In this document: piece by piece, positions 39,256 through 51,654 of the stretch
Position numbering within the stretch: the stretch's first letter is position 1
How the letters are laid out: each line of letters begins with the position of its first letter
Assembly (NCBI GenBank): GCA_963728205.1
Contig: CAVSIV010000001.1
Coordinates: 864,001 to 928,000 of the forward strand
Direction of reading: 5' to 3'
DNA from: an uncultured Chloroflexia bacterium
Lineage (GTDB): Bacteria; Chloroflexota; Dehalococcoidia; UBA2979
Length of the DNA: 64,000 nucleotides
Program-made: the position numbers and the translations under genes
The notes under the pieces: generated by a model
The model's input: only the letters and a program-made list of their open reading frames with translations
What the model was told of the DNA's origin: nothing
The model's database searches: none

Positions 39256-40935
39256 ATGCGCGGTTCGAACCGCACGCTGGCCATCCTGCTCGGGGTGCTC
39301 GCCGTCCTGGTGCTCGTCGTCGGCGGGCTCTCGGCCGTGCTGCTTGCCTCCGGCAAGGGGGGCGCGGGCGGCACGTCGAGCACGAGCGGCGGCGGCATCA
39401 CCACCGGCGCGTCCGGCGGCAGCTCGGGCGGCGGCGGATCCTCGGCGGGCGTGCTGCGCCTGGCCGGGACCGACCCCGTCACGCTCGACCCGGCGCTTGC
39501 CAGCGACGCCGGCTCCGCCGAGTACGTCGAGGAAATCTTCGGCGGGTTGATGACGATCAACCCGCAGCTCCAGATCGTCCCGGACATCGCGCAGAAGTAC
39601 GACGTCTCCGACGGCGGGACCGTCTACACGTTCCACCTGCGCGACAACGTGACCTTCCACAGCGGCCGGCCGGTCACCGCGCAGGACGTCGCCTACTCGA
39701 TCAAGCGCGCCGCGTCGCCGGACCTCGCGTCGCCGCTCGCGCTCTCCTACCTCGGCGACATCCAGGGCGTGCACGACTACTTCGCCGGCACGGCGAAGGA
39801 CATCAGCGGCATGAAGGTCGTCGACGACCACACGATCCAGTTCACGCTCGACGCGCCGAAGCCGTACTTCCTCGCGAAGCTGACCTACCCGACCGCGTAC
39901 GTGGTCGATCAGCAGCAGATCGAGGCGAACCCGCGCAACTGGACGCGCCAGCCGAACGGCACGGGCCCCTACAAGCTCAAGGAGTGGCGGCTCGGCGAGC
40001 GCATCGTGCTCGTGGCGAACATGAGCTACCACCTCGGCGCGCCGCACATCCAGGAGGTCGACTACCTCCTGTCCGGCGGCTCGGCGCTGACGCGCTTCGA
40101 GAATGGCGAGCTCGACGTCGCGCCGATCACCGTCAACGACATCGACCGCGCGCGGGACCCGAACAGCTCGCTGCACGCGCTGTACCACAGCTCGACGGAG
40201 TTCTCGGTGTTCTACATCGCCTTCAACACGAGCAAGCCGCCGTTCGACGACGTCAACGTGCGCAAGGCGATGGCGATGGCGATCGACCGCAAGAAGATCG
40301 CCGAGGTGACCTTCAACAACATGCTGGTCCCGGCGACCGGGATCATGCCGCCGCAGCTGCCGGGCTACACATCGACCGACAAGACGTACCCGTACGACCC
40401 GGCGGGCGCGAAGGCCGCGCTGGCCGCATCGAAGTACGGCTCGGCCGACAAGCTGCCGCCGATCACGATGACCGAGGTGGGCGGCGGCGCGCAGGCCGGC
40501 GTGGACACGCAGGCGTTCGTCGAGCAGTGGAAGCAGAACCTCGGCATCAACGTCGAGATCCAGCAGACGGACTTCGCGACGTTCCTCTCGCAGCAGGACG
40601 CGGGCCAGCTCCAGATGTTCAACGGCGGCTGGATCATGGACTACCCGGACCCCGAGGACATCCTCGATCTCAAGTTCCACTCCGGGTCGAAGCTCAACGA
40701 TGTCGGCTACTCGAACCCGCAGGTGGACAAGCTGCTCGACCAGGCCCGCACCGAGGCGGACTCGTCGCAGCGCCTCCAGCTCTACCAGCAGGCGGAGGAT
40801 CTGATCATCAAGGACGCGGCCTGGATTCCGCTCTACTTCCCGGAGGACCACTACGTGGTGGCGTCGCGGGTGCAGGGCTGGTTCCAGCCGCCGATGGTGA
40901 TCCCGCGGCTGCGGTTCGTGTCGCTCGCGAAGTAG
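39256..40935 (+). CDS. Peptide ABC transporter substrate-binding protein (family 5, OppA-like)
   Basis: TLDPA, YTFHLRDNVTFHSG, NGTGPYKL, GWIMDYPDP. N-terminal TM anchor plus Gly/Ser linker, no lipobox Cys. Confidence 0.9.
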   Translation: MRGSNRTLAILLGVLAVLVLVVGGLSAVLLASGKGGAGGTSSTSGGGITTGASGGSSGGGGSSAGVLRLAGTDPVTLDPALASDAGSAEYVEEIFGGLMTINPQLQIVPDIAQKYDVSDGGTVYTFHLRDNVTFHSGRPVTAQDVAYSIKRAASPDLASPLALSYLGDIQGVHDYFAGTAKDISGMKVVDDHTIQFTLDAPKPYFLAKLTYPTAYVVDQQQIEANPRNWTRQPNGTGPYKLKEWRLGERIVLVANMSYHLGAPHIQEVDYLLSGGSALTRFENGELDVAPITVNDIDRARDPNSSLHALYHSSTEFSVFYIAFNTSKPPFDDVNVRKAMAMAIDRKKIAEVTFNNMLVPATGIMPPQLPGYTSTDKTYPYDPAGAKAALAASKYGSADKLPPITMTEVGGGAQAGVDTQAFVEQWKQNLGINVEIQQTDFATFLSQQDAGQLQMFNGGWIMDYPDPEDILDLKFHSGSKLNDVGYSNPQVDKLLDQARTEADSSQRLQLYQQAEDLIIKDAAWIPLYFPEDHYVVASRVQGWFQPPMVIPRLRFVSLAK

Positions 40936-40973
40936 CGTCCGCGCGTCGCGAGAGTTGAGCGGGGGAGCGCGCG

Positions 40974-41957
40974 ATGGGCCCCTACGTCGTCAGGCGCCTG
41001 CTGTGGCTGCCCGTGATCCTGGTCGCGGTCTCATTCATGACCTTCGCGGTCGCACGCTTCGGCCCGGGTGACCCGGTCTCGGTCGCGGCCGGCCAGTACC
41101 GCGACCCCGTCGTGCTCGCGCAGGTTCGCGCGAAGTGGGGGCTCGACGATCCGCTGCCGGTCCAGTACTGGCGCTGGGCGACGAACGCGGTGCACGGCGA
41201 CTTCGGCGACTCGTTCATCCAGCGCGGGTTCACGGTCTCCGAGCTGATCTTCCCGAAGATGTGGGTATCGGCGCAGCTCGGGCTCATCGCGCTGGTGATC
41301 GTGTTCGTCGTGGGGCTGCCGCTGGGCCTGCTCGCGGCGCGGCTCAACGGGACGTGGATCGACCCCTTCATCGTGAGCGCGCTCCTCTTCCTGCAGGCGA
41401 TCCCGGTGCTCGTGCTGATCCCGCCGCTGCTCTGGATCTTCGCCGTGAAGCTCAACGTCCTGCCGGTCGGCGGGTGGGGGAACCTCGTCAACATCACGTG
41501 GATCGGCGGAGTGATCGCCGTGCCGCTGCCGGACCCGCACCTGTACCTGCCGCTGCTCGCCTACTCGGTGGGCGGCTTCGCCGGCGTGGCACGCCTGATG
41601 CGCTTCACGGCGCTCGAGGTGATGCGCGAGGACTACGTGCGCACCGCCCGCGCCAAGGGCCTCGGTGAGTGGGCGGTGCTCTTCCGCCACGTCTTCCGCA
41701 ACTCGCTGCTCCCGATCGTGACCGAGGTCGGCCTGGCGCTCGCCGGCATCGTCGAGGGCGCGTTCTTCGTCGAGGTACTGCTCGGCATCCCCGGCATCGG
41801 GAGCTTCCTCTTCGAGGCGGTGAAGAGCCGCGACTACAACACGATCATGGCGACGACCGTGATCTTCGCGACGCTGTTCGTGATCGCGAACCTGCTCGCC
41901 GAGCTGGCCTACGCGCTGATCGACCCGCGTGTGCGCCTCGGGGCATCCCGCGGATGA
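40974..41957 (+). CDS. Peptide ABC transporter permease (OppB-like)
   Basis: PGDP, GDFGDS, DYVRTARAKGL, IDPRVR. Confidence 0.9.
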   Translation: MGPYVVRRLLWLPVILVAVSFMTFAVARFGPGDPVSVAAGQYRDPVVLAQVRAKWGLDDPLPVQYWRWATNAVHGDFGDSFIQRGFTVSELIFPKMWVSAQLGLIALVIVFVVGLPLGLLAARLNGTWIDPFIVSALLFLQAIPVLVLIPPLLWIFAVKLNVLPVGGWGNLVNITWIGGVIAVPLPDPHLYLPLLAYSVGGFAGVARLMRFTALEVMREDYVRTARAKGLGEWAVLFRHVFRNSLLPIVTEVGLALAGIVEGAFFVEVLLGIPGIGSFLFEAVKSRDYNTIMATTVIFATLFVIANLLAELAYALIDPRVRLGASRG

Positions 41958-42916
41958 CGGCGGCGACGGCCGAGGTCGACCGCGCGGAGCACGTCGAGGA
42001 GGGCGAGGGCCAGTGGACGATCTACTGGCGCCGCCTGCGCCAGAAGAAGCTCGCGATGATCGCGCTCGGCATCGTCGTCGTGATCTACGGCGCGGGCCTC
42101 TTCGCGCCGCTCGTCGCGCCCTACAGCTACACGACGCAGAACCTCGACCGGAAGTACGAAGGCCCGAGTCGCGACCACCTGCTGGGGACCGATCAGCTCG
42201 GGCGCGACATGTTCAGCCGCACGATCTACTCGGCGCGCACGACGATGATCGTGACGCTCTCCGTGCTGGTCACCGGCTCGCTCGTGATCGGCAACGCGCT
42301 GGGGATCCTCGCGGGCTACCGCGGCGGCTGGATCGACAACGTCGTGATGCGCGTGGGGGAGGTGTTCTCGTCGCTGCCCGGGCTCGTGATGCTGATCCTG
42401 ATCAACGCGACGCTGGCGCCCCGGGCCGACCAGGTGGCGCGCTGGCTGCAGGATCATACGTTCCTCACCGGGCTGGTCACGTCCGGGTTCCCGTCGTACC
42501 TCGTGGTGTTCGGGGGGATGTCGGTCTTCTTCTGGGTCGGCACCTCGCGCCTGATCCGCTCGCAGGTGCTGCAGATCCGCGAGCGCGACTACATCACGGC
42601 CGCGGAGTCGCTGGGGGCGACCCAGTGGGAGGTGATGTGGCGGCACCTGCTGCCGAACGTATCGTTCCTGATCGTGCTCGAGGTCTCGAGCACGCTCGCC
42701 ACCGTCGCCGGCTCCGAGATCTTCCTCACGTGGTTCGGCGTCGGCGTCCAGCCGCCGACCCCGTCGTTCGGGTCGATGCTGTTCGACGGCTCGTTCCCGC
42801 GAACGTTCCAGGCGCACCCGCACCTGCTGCTCGTGCCCGGCGTGGTCGTCTCGCTGCTGCTGTACGCGTTCGTGCTGCTCGGCGACGGCCTGAACGATGC
42901 CATCGCGGGCCGCTGA
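41954..42916 (+). CDS. Peptide ABC transporter permease (OppC-like)
   Basis: LGTDQLGRD, DYITAAESLGA, HLLPN, LGDGLND. Confidence 0.9.
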   Translation: MTAATAEVDRAEHVEEGEGQWTIYWRRLRQKKLAMIALGIVVVIYGAGLFAPLVAPYSYTTQNLDRKYEGPSRDHLLGTDQLGRDMFSRTIYSARTTMIVTLSVLVTGSLVIGNALGILAGYRGGWIDNVVMRVGEVFSSLPGLVMLILINATLAPRADQVARWLQDHTFLTGLVTSGFPSYLVVFGGMSVFFWVGTSRLIRSQVLQIRERDYITAAESLGATQWEVMWRHLLPNVSFLIVLEVSSTLATVAGSEIFLTWFGVGVQPPTPSFGSMLFDGSFPRTFQAHPHLLLVPGVVVSLLLYAFVLLGDGLNDAIAGR

Positions 42917-43058
42917 TCTCGCGCGTTCGAGCGGCTCCGGGTTCCCCCCGAGGCGGCCGCTCCGGCCTTCTCTGCTATACTCGCTCTGCGAAGTGATCAG
43001 ATGTGGCGGCCGCCCCTCCGGCCGCCTCCATGCGCGCGTTTGCTAGAAGGTGCACGAC

Positions 43059-44537
43059 TTGGCAATCACCACCGAGCGACTGCCGAAGTCCCGCGTCGCT
43101 CTCGAGATCCAGGTCGAGCCCGACCGCGTCGAAGCTTCCATGGAGAAGGCCGCCCGGCGTCTCGCCGAGCGTGTCCGCATCCCCGGATTCCGGCCGGGCA
43201 AGGCTCCCCGCAACATCGTCGAGCGTCGGCTGGGCCGCGGTGCGATCCTCCAGGAGGCGCTCGAGGAGCTGCTCCCCGGCGTCTACAACGAGGCCATCGA
43301 GACCGAGCAGATCGACGCCATCGACCAGCCCGAGTTCGACCTCAAGTCGACCGATCCGCTCGTCGTCTCCGCGACCGTCCCCGTGCGGCCAACCGTCGAC
43401 CTCAAGGACTACGAGTCGCTGCGGGCGCCGAAGCCCGCGGCTGAGGTCACCGAGGAGCAGGTCCAGGACACGCTGACCGCCATCCGCCGCCGCTACGCGA
43501 CGCTCGAGCCGGTCGACCGCGCGCTGCAGTGGAACGACACCGTGCGCGCGGACGTCACCGTCTCCGTGGAGGGCCAGAACGACGCGCACGAGGAAGAGGA
43601 CGCGGAGTTCGCGCTGCGCGAGGGAGGCGTCGTCTCGCTGCCCGGCTTCGTCGAGCGGCTGATTGGCCTCGAGCGCGGCGGCCCGTACACCATCGAGTTC
43701 ACGCTGCCGGATGACTTCGGCGGCCCCGAGCTTCAGGGCAAGCAGGCCACCTACACCGTCACCGTGAAAGAGGTGAAGCAGGAGGTCCTTCCCGATCTCG
43801 ACGACGAGTTCGCGCAGTCGCTGGACGAGGGCTTCGACAGCGCCGCGGCACTCGAGGAGCGCGTGCGCGGCGACCTCGCGGCCGAGGTCGAGCGGCGCGT
43901 CTCCGACGAGTACGACGACGAGATCGTCGACCTGCTCGTCGCGACGGCCGACCTCGACTACCCGGAGGTGCTCGTCGAGCGCGAGATTGACCGTCTGATC
44001 GACCGCGAGTCGAACCACGCCTCGCACACGCAGGAGGGGCTGCAGAACTGGCTCGACGCCATCGGCAGCACCCTCGAGGAGGTGCGCGACGGGCTGCGCG
44101 AGCCGGCCGATCTCGCCGTGCGCCGCGCGCTTGCGCTGGGCGAGCTCGTGACGGCCGAGGAGGTCACGGTGTCCGACGCGGACGTCGACGCCGAGATTGA
44201 CCGCCTCGTCGACCAGCTCTCCGGCGGCGACGAGGATGAGTCGCGGCGCACCACGGCGCGCTCGCTGGTCGACACGCCGCAGGGGCGGGATTCGATCCGC
44301 AACCAGCTGATCACGCAGGCCGCGATCAAGCGGCTGGAGGAGATCTGCTCGCAGCCCGAGGAGGCGGAGGGCGAGCCCGGCGCGGCCCGCCGCGGCTCGC
44401 GGCGTCGTCGCGGCTCGCGCGGCGCCGATGAGGGCGCCGAGGGCGCGGACGGGTCCCCGGCGGCCGAGGCGAGCGACGACGAGCCGGCTGAGGCCGAGGA
44501 CGCGCCGGCGGCGACCGCCGACGGGCCCCAGGCCTGA
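43059..44537 (+). CDS. tig: Trigger factor
   Basis: [10 protein letters not shown] signature. TTG start after SD AGAAGG, and extended -10 TGcTATACT near 42973-42981. Confidence 0.93.
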   Translation: MAITTERLPKSRVALEIQVEPDRVEASMEKAARRLAERVRIPGFRPGKAPRNIVERRLGRGAILQEALEELLPGVYNEAIETEQIDAIDQPEFDLKSTDPLVVSATVPVRPTVDLKDYESLRAPKPAAEVTEEQVQDTLTAIRRRYATLEPVDRALQWNDTVRADVTVSVEGQNDAHEEEDAEFALREGGVVSLPGFVERLIGLERGGPYTIEFTLPDDFGGPELQGKQATYTVTVKEVKQEVLPDLDDEFAQSLDEGFDSAAALEERVRGDLAAEVERRVSDEYDDEIVDLLVATADLDYPEVLVEREIDRLIDRESNHASHTQEGLQNWLDAIGSTLEEVRDGLREPADLAVRRALALGELVTAEEVTVSDADVDAEIDRLVDQLSGGDEDESRRTTARSLVDTPQGRDSIRNQLITQAAIKRLEEICSQPEEAEGEPGAARRGSRRRRGSRGADEGAEGADGSPAAEASDDEPAEAEDAPAATADGPQA

Positions 44538-44574
44538 TTCACCCATTCGATACGCGACGGGAAGCGAACGCACC

Positions 44575-45213
44575 GTGACACCAGGACTGGCCCGCCCGGA
44601 AGACTTCTCCCCAGGATTCCTCAAGCCGTCGAACATCGTGCCGATGGTTGTGGAGACGGGGCCGCGCGGTGAGCGCGCCTACGACATCTACTCGCTCCTG
44701 CTCAAGGAGCGCGTGGTGTTCCTGGGCACGCCCATCGACGACCAGGTCGCCAACTCGATCGTCGCCCAGCTCCTCTTCCTCGACCGCGAGGACCCGGAGC
44801 GCGACATCTCGCTCTACATCAACTCGCCCGGCGGCATGATCTACGCGGGATTGGCCATCTACGACACGATGAACCTGATCCGCGCCGACGTGTCGACCAT
44901 CGCCGTGGGCGTCACCGCGTCCATGGGCACCGTGCTGCTCACGGCCGGCGCGAAGGGCAAGCGCTTCGCGCTTCCGAACGCCACCATCCACATGCACCAG
45001 GCGCTCGGCGGCGGCAGCGGCCAGGCCGCGGACGTCGAGATCCAGGCCCGCGAGATCATCCGCAACAACGAGAAGATCCGCAAGATCCTCTCCGATGCCA
45101 CAGGGCAGCCGATGGACCGCATCAAGCAGGACACCGACCGCGACATCTACCTGACGGCGGAGGAAGCCCAGGCCTACGGGCTCGTCGACGAGATCCTGAC
45201 GAAGCCGTCCTGA
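44575..45213 (+). CDS. clpP: ATP-dependent Clp protease proteolytic subunit
   Basis: [27 protein letters not shown]. Start approximate. Confidence 0.95.
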   Translation: MTPGLARPEDFSPGFLKPSNIVPMVVETGPRGERAYDIYSLLLKERVVFLGTPIDDQVANSIVAQLLFLDREDPERDISLYINSPGGMIYAGLAIYDTMNLIRADVSTIAVGVTASMGTVLLTAGAKGKRFALPNATIHMHQALGGGSGQAADVEIQAREIIRNNEKIRKILSDATGQPMDRIKQDTDRDIYLTAEEAQAYGLVDEILTKPS

Positions 45214-45259
45214 GCGTCGGCTCACACCGAACGCCGGGCGGGAGAAACACGGGGAAACC

Positions 45260-46567
<1,308 letters not shown>

Positions 46568-46598
46568 GTCCGACCGCGCCGCCGGCCCGACCGCGCCG

Positions 46599-46769
46599 CG
46601 GCGAGCAGGGGATGTGAGGCCGCTGTTTCCGGCAGCGCGCAACGCACTGGTCGCCTCGCGCAGCGGGACCGCCGCGTCGGCGATCTCCGCGCCCACCGCC
46701 CGCGGCGGTGCAGAGGAGTTGCCCCGTCCGGCGACCCCGGAAACACACGCTGACGCCTGCTGCTCGCCG
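46599..46769. other. ~170-bp self-complementary intergenic element (structured RNA or decayed MITE)
   Basis: Nested complementary pairs 46599-608/46760-769, 46624-632/46737-745, 46649-655/46730-736 and 46668-676/46701-709. Confidence 0.5.
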
Positions 46770-46813
46770 ACGCCCGTCCGGCCACCCGTCGCCCGATGCT
46801 ATGCTCCGCTGCT

Positions 46814-47608
46814 GTGACCATGACCGACACACCACCTCCCCGCCGGCGACCCAGGCGCCAGCGCCTCGACGTGCTGCTCGTCGAGCGCGGGCTCGCGCCC
46901 AGCCGCGAGCGCGCGCGCGCGCTCATCCTCGCGCGCGAGGTGCTCGTGGCGGGCGCGCCCGCCATGCGCGCCGCTGCGCCCGTCGACGTGGACGCCGCCA
47001 TCGAGGTGAAGGCGACCCCGCCGTTCGTCAGCCGCGGCGGCGAGAAGCTCGCCGGCGCGCTCGCGCGGACCGGCGTGCTGGTGGCCGGGCGCCGCTGCCT
47101 CGACGTCGGTGCGTCGACCGGCGGCTTCACCGACTGCCTGCTGCAGGCGGGCGCCGCGCACGTCACCGCCGTCGACGTTGGCTACGGCCAGCTCGCCGCC
47201 CCACTGCGCGACGACCCGCGCGTCGAGGTGCGAGAGCGCACCAACGCGCGCGACCTCGCCCCCCTCGACGAGCCCGTGGACCTCGTGGTGATGGACGTGT
47301 CGTTCATCTCCGTCACGACGGTCCTGCCCGCCGTGCTGGCCTCGGCGCGGCCCGGCGCGGATCTGCTGCTGCTCGTGAAGCCGCAGTTCGAAGCGGGACG
47401 CGAACAGGTCCAGTCCGGGGGCGTCGTGCGCGACCCGCTCGTGCACGCCTCCTGCGTGGGCCGTGTCGCCCGCCGGGCGAGCGAGCGGGGACTGCGCGTG
47501 CGTGGTGTCGTGCGCTCGCCGCTCGTCGGCCCCGCCGGCAATCGCGAGTTCTTCCTCTGGCTGCGCGTCCCCGCGGATGGCCCCGTCGCAGGGAGCGCGG
47601 CCGCATGA
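46814..47608 (+). CDS. tlyA: TlyA family rRNA 2'-O-methyltransferase
   Basis: RLDVLLVERG (S4-like), FVSRGGEKL, DVGASTGGFTD, DVSFIS, VKPQFE, GNREF. Start at 46814 (GTG) or 46820 (ATG). Confidence 0.93.
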   Translation: MTMTDTPPPRRRPRRQRLDVLLVERGLAPSRERARALILAREVLVAGAPAMRAAAPVDVDAAIEVKATPPFVSRGGEKLAGALARTGVLVAGRRCLDVGASTGGFTDCLLQAGAAHVTAVDVGYGQLAAPLRDDPRVEVRERTNARDLAPLDEPVDLVVMDVSFISVTTVLPAVLASARPGADLLLLVKPQFEAGREQVQSGGVVRDPLVHASCVGRVARRASERGLRVRGVVRSPLVGPAGNREFFLWLRVPADGPVAGSAAA

Positions 47609-48513
47609 CCGCGGAGCCGTTCGCCTCGCCCGCGCGGATCGCGATCTGCTTCCGGCACACCGTGCCCGGCGCGCACGACCTCGCCGCGCGCCTGGCGCAG
47701 CTGGCGCGGGCGCGCGGCGCCCGCGCCGAGCACGACGCCATCCCCGACGCCGGTACGCCCGAGGCGGCGGCGTTCACCGCGCACCTCGCCGAGGTCGACC
47801 TGCTGATCTGCGTCGGCGGCGACGGCACCGTGCTGCACGCGGCCGAGTTCGCCGCCGTCGCCGGCACCCCGATCTTCGGTGTGCGCATGGGCCGGCTGGG
47901 CTTCCTCACGGAGTCGACGGAGTCCGGCGCCGAGGCGGAGCTGTCGGCGGTGCTCGAGGGCGCGGCGCGGCTCGACCGCCGCGCGATGGCGCGCGTGGTC
48001 GCCGACGACGGCGTCGAGTTGCACGCCCTCAACGACGTCGTCATCGGCCGGCATACCATCGGCCGCACGGTGTCGGTCGGCGTGCGGCTCGACGGCGTGC
48101 TCGTCGCCGAGTACCGCGGCGATGCGGTCGTCGTCGCCACGGCGACCGGTTCGACGGGCTACGCGCTCTCGGTTGGCGGGCCGATCCTCCACCCCACCTC
48201 GCAGGAGCTGGTCGTGGTTCCCGTGGCGCCGCACCTCACGCGCTCGAACGCCCTCGTGCTGCCGTCGGACGCGCGCATCCGGCTCTTCGTCGCGCGCGGC
48301 GAGTCGGCGATGCTGACGGTGGACGGCAGCCACGAGCAGCCGGTGCAGACGGGCGCGCTGGTCGAGGTGTCGCGCTCGCCGCGCAGTGTCGCGTTCGTGC
48401 GGCTCGGCGCGGAGAACCAGTTCTACTCGAACCTCGCGCAGCGGCTCGGCTGGCTGCGCGCCGACCACGAGCTGGGCGCCGAGCCCGCCGACCTCGGCGA
48501 CGACGCCCATTGA
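47605..48513 (+). CDS. nadK: NAD kinase
   Basis: GGDGTVL, GRLGFL, ALND, TATGSTGYALSVGGP. Confidence 0.93.
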   Translation: MTAEPFASPARIAICFRHTVPGAHDLAARLAQLARARGARAEHDAIPDAGTPEAAAFTAHLAEVDLLICVGGDGTVLHAAEFAAVAGTPIFGVRMGRLGFLTESTESGAEAELSAVLEGAARLDRRAMARVVADDGVELHALNDVVIGRHTIGRTVSVGVRLDGVLVAEYRGDAVVVATATGSTGYALSVGGPILHPTSQELVVVPVAPHLTRSNALVLPSDARIRLFVARGESAMLTVDGSHEQPVQTGALVEVSRSPRSVAFVRLGAENQFYSNLAQRLGWLRADHELGAEPADLGDDAH

Positions 48514-48568
48514 CCGCGACGCGGCCCCCCTCGCGCATCTGGCGTGCTGCCCTATCCTTGATCGGGTC

Positions 48569-49090
48569 ATGACCGCAACGCCCCAGCGCCCCGTCGACCT
48601 CACCGGCACCTCGGGTGTCGTGCGCGCCACCGTGCGCGACGCCGAGGGCATCCATCGCCTCGTCAACTTCTGGGCGGCGCAGGGACAGATGCTGCCGCGC
48701 ACGCTCGGCGAGACGTATGAGCACCTGCGCGACTTCTTCGTGATCCGCGAGGGCGAGCAGGTCGTCGCCTGCGGCGCGCTCCACATCACGTGGGCGGATC
48801 TCGCCGAGGTGAAGTCGCTTGCCGTGCAGGAGGACCGCCAGTCGCGCGGCTACGGCCGCGCCATCGTCGAGGCCTGCCACCAGGAGGGGCGCGACCTCGG
48901 GCTCTCGGGTCTGTTCGCGCTCACCTACCGGCCGCAGTTCTTTGAGCGGCTCGGCTGGCGACAGGCCGACGTGATGACGCTGCCGCGCAAGGTCTGGAAC
49001 GAGTGCTACCGCTGCCCGAAGTTCCCCGGCTGCGACGAGATCGCGATGGTGCTCGACCTCGCCGGCGCCGGGTCGGCGCCGGGCGCCTGA
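48569..49090 (+). CDS. GNAT N-acetyltransferase (short ArgA-like)
   Basis: MLPRTL..YEHLRDF, LAEVKSLAV, FALTY, LPRKVWNECYRCPKFPGCDEIAM. Confidence 0.85.
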   Translation: MTATPQRPVDLTGTSGVVRATVRDAEGIHRLVNFWAAQGQMLPRTLGETYEHLRDFFVIREGEQVVACGALHITWADLAEVKSLAVQEDRQSRGYGRAIVEACHQEGRDLGLSGLFALTYRPQFFERLGWRQADVMTLPRKVWNECYRCPKFPGCDEIAMVLDLAGAGSAPGA

Positions 49091-49094
49091 CCTC

Positions 49095-49655
49095 GTGCCG
49101 GACGCGGACGGCGACACGCCCCGCATCCTGCGCTCGACGGTCGAGTTCGAGAGCCACGTCTTCGACGTCGCCCGCGCGCTGATCCGCATGCCCGACGGTC
49201 GCGAATTCGAGCGCGCCGTCGTGCGGCATCCTGGCGCCGTCGCGCTCGTGGTGGTGGACGAAGACGGCCGCTGGCTGCTCGTCCGGCAGTACCGCTACCC
49301 GGCCGGCCAGGTGCTGCTCGAGATCCCCGCCGGCACGCGCGACGGCGACGAGGCGCCCGAGGACACTGCCGCGCGTGAGTGCCGCGAGGAGACGGGGTTC
49401 CGCGCCGGCTCGCTCGTGCGCATCGGCGGCACCTGGATGGTGCCCGGCTACGGCGACGAGTACATCACGTACTTTCTCGCTACCGACCTCATGCACGACC
49501 CGCTCCCCATCGACGAGGACGAGGACCTCTCGCCGCCGGTGCGAATGACGCTCGACGAGGTCTACGCGGCCGTCGATCGCGGCGAGATCCAGGATGCGAA
49601 GACGGTGGCGGCCCTGACGCTGTACGTGCGCCATGTCGCGCAAGCGCGTCTCTAG
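49095..49655 (+). CDS. NUDIX hydrolase (ADP-ribose pyrophosphatase-like)
   Basis: HPGAV, RQYRYP, EIPAG..E......ARECREETG, IQDAKT. Confidence 0.88.
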   Translation: MPDADGDTPRILRSTVEFESHVFDVARALIRMPDGREFERAVVRHPGAVALVVVDEDGRWLLVRQYRYPAGQVLLEIPAGTRDGDEAPEDTAARECREETGFRAGSLVRIGGTWMVPGYGDEYITYFLATDLMHDPLPIDEDEDLSPPVRMTLDEVYAAVDRGEIQDAKTVAALTLYVRHVAQARL

Positions 49656-49806
49656 CCGAGCCTGCTAGGCGCTTCGGGCAGCCGCGCGCCGGCGGTAGTC
49701 ACACCGCGCATGTGACCTTCTGCCGTGGGGCGCAGCCGGCGCGCGGCTACAGTACGCACATGGTGAGCCGCGCGGACGCGCGTCGACCGCAGAAAGGCCC
49801 CCGGCC

Positions 49807-50019
49807 GTGCTGAAGAACCCGTACGTGATCGGACTGATCGCCGCGATCGTGATCGGCGTCGCCGCCGGCGTCATCGCGTGGCTGCTCGACGAGAGCGCCC
49901 CGCACGTGCTGATTGGCGTGCTGTTCGGGGTCATCGCGTTCTTCGCCGGCGCCGGCGGGCGCGCGCGCTTCGGCGGCCGCGTGACCCCGGACCAGACCAC
50001 CCCGACGCGCTGGGTGTAA
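49807..50019 (+). CDS. Small two-TM membrane protein, 70 aa
   Basis: Two hydrophobic segments, SD AGAAAGG, high GC3. Confidence 0.65.
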   Translation: MLKNPYVIGLIAAIVIGVAAGVIAWLLDESAPHVLIGVLFGVIAFFAGAGGRARFGGRVTPDQTTPTRWV

Positions 50020-50150
50020 GCGCGCCGACCATTCGGCCGTCCTTCGCGCTTCCGCGCCGGAGGACCGGGCGTCGGCGCGGGCACGCCCGGCGGCGAGCCG
50101 GGCAGCGGCGGCATGCTGCCGCCGCGTGAGGCGCCGCGCCTGCGGCAGCG

Positions 50151-51545
50151 CTACGGGTGCGTCATCTCCTCGGGCCGGACCCACTCGTCGAACTGTTCGC
50201 CCGTGAGCAGCCCCAGCGACTCGCCGGCTTCCTTGAGCGTGCTGTGCTCGGCGTGCGCCTTCTTCGCGATCTTCGCCGCGTTGTCGTAGCCGATGTGCGG
50301 GTTCAGCGCCGTCACCAGCATCAGCGACGACTCCATCAGCTGCCGGATGCGACCGAGGTCCGGCTCGATGCCGACCACGCAGTGCTCGGTGAACGAGCGG
50401 GCCGCATCGGCGAGCAGGCGGATGCTCTGCAGGTTGTTGTAGGCGATCACGGGCTTGAAGACGTTCAGCTCGAAGTGGCCCGTCGCGCCGGCGATGCCGA
50501 CCGTGACGTCGTTGCCCATCACCTGCGCGCAGACCATCGTCACGGCCTCGGACTGCGTCGGGTTCACCTTGCCCGGCATGATCGAGGAGCCCGGCTCGTT
50601 CGCGGGCAGCATCAGCTCGCCCAGACCGGCGCGGGGTCCGGAGCCGAGCAGGCGCACGTCGTTCGCGATCTTCATCATCGAGGCGGCGATGGTCTTGAGC
50701 TGGCCCGAGAGCTCGACCTGGGCGTCGTGCGCCGCCAGCGCCTCGAACTTGTTCGGCGCGGAGACGAACGGCAGGCCGGTGAACTCGGAGATGCGCTCGG
50801 CGACGCGCGTCGCGTACTCGGGGTGCGTGTTCAGCCCGGTACCGACCGCGGTCCCGCCGAGCGCCAGCTCGGAGAGCCGGGGCAGCACGCTCTCCGCCCG
50901 TGTGATCGCGTTCTCGATCTGCCGCGCGTACCCGGAGAACTCCTGCCCGAGTGTCAGCGGCACGGCATCCATCAGGTGCGTGCGGCCGATCTTCACGATC
51001 CCGTCGAACGCGCGCGCCTTTGCCGCCAGCGCGTCGTGGAGCGTGCGCAGCGCCGGCACCAGCTCGTGCACGACCTGCTCCGCCGTCGCAATGCTCATTG
51101 CGCCGGGGAAGGTGTCGTTCGACGACTGCGACATGTTCACGTGGTCGTTCGGATGGACGGGCTGCTTCGAGCCCATCTCGCCGCCGAGCAGCTCGATGGC
51201 GCGGTTCGAGATCACTTCGTTCGCGTTCATGTTGGTCTGCGTGCCGGACCCGGTCTGCCAGACGACGAGCGGGAAGTGCTCGTCGAGCGCGCCGTCGATG
51301 ACCTCGCGCGCGGCCCGGCGAATCGCGCCGGCGAGCTGCGGGTCGAGCTTGCCGACCGCCTCGTTCACCTCGGCCGAGCAGTACTTCACGATGCCGAGCG
51401 CCCGGATCAGCGGCCGCGGCATGCGCTCGATGCCAATCTTGAAGTTCTCGAACGAGCGCTGCGTCTGGGCACCCCAGTAGCGGTCCGTCGCCACCTCGAT
51501 GGTGCCCATGCTGTCCGACTCGATGCGGGTTGCGGCGGCGGCCAT
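50151..51545 (-). CDS. fumC: Fumarate hydratase class II
   Basis: [38 protein letters not shown]. Confidence 0.97.
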   Translation of the reverse strand: MAAAATRIESDSMGTIEVATDRYWGAQTQRSFENFKIGIERMPRPLIRALGIVKYCSAEVNEAVGKLDPQLAGAIRRAAREVIDGALDEHFPLVVWQTGSGTQTNMNANEVISNRAIELLGGEMGSKQPVHPNDHVNMSQSSNDTFPGAMSIATAEQVVHELVPALRTLHDALAAKARAFDGIVKIGRTHLMDAVPLTLGQEFSGYARQIENAITRAESVLPRLSELALGGTAVGTGLNTHPEYATRVAERISEFTGLPFVSAPNKFEALAAHDAQVELSGQLKTIAASMMKIANDVRLLGSGPRAGLGELMLPANEPGSSIMPGKVNPTQSEAVTMVCAQVMGNDVTVGIAGATGHFELNVFKPVIAYNNLQSIRLLADAARSFTEHCVVGIEPDLGRIRQLMESSLMLVTALNPHIGYDNAAKIAKKAHAEHSTLKEAGESLGLLTGEQFDEWVRPEEMTHP

Positions 51546-51654
51546 GCGTGTCCTCCCGGGGGCGTGGAACGCGGGTGAGGCGAGGTGAGATCGCACCGTC
51601 CCGCGGCGGGCCCGATGCGGCTCGGGCACGTCGCGGGACGGTGATGAACGCGGG

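Noticed and set aside
39256-42916. Peptide ABC transporter without ATPase genes as a novel system
   Set aside because: oppD/oppF-type ATPases are often encoded elsewhere and shared.
42917-43058. tRNA upstream of tig, a common arrangement
   Set aside because: No cloverleaf or T-loop/CCA pattern; only a promoter and a small hairpin.
46599-46769. Assignment as 6S or SRP RNA
   Set aside because: No symmetric A/U-rich central bubble and no SRP helix-8 motif. Kept only as an unassigned structured element.
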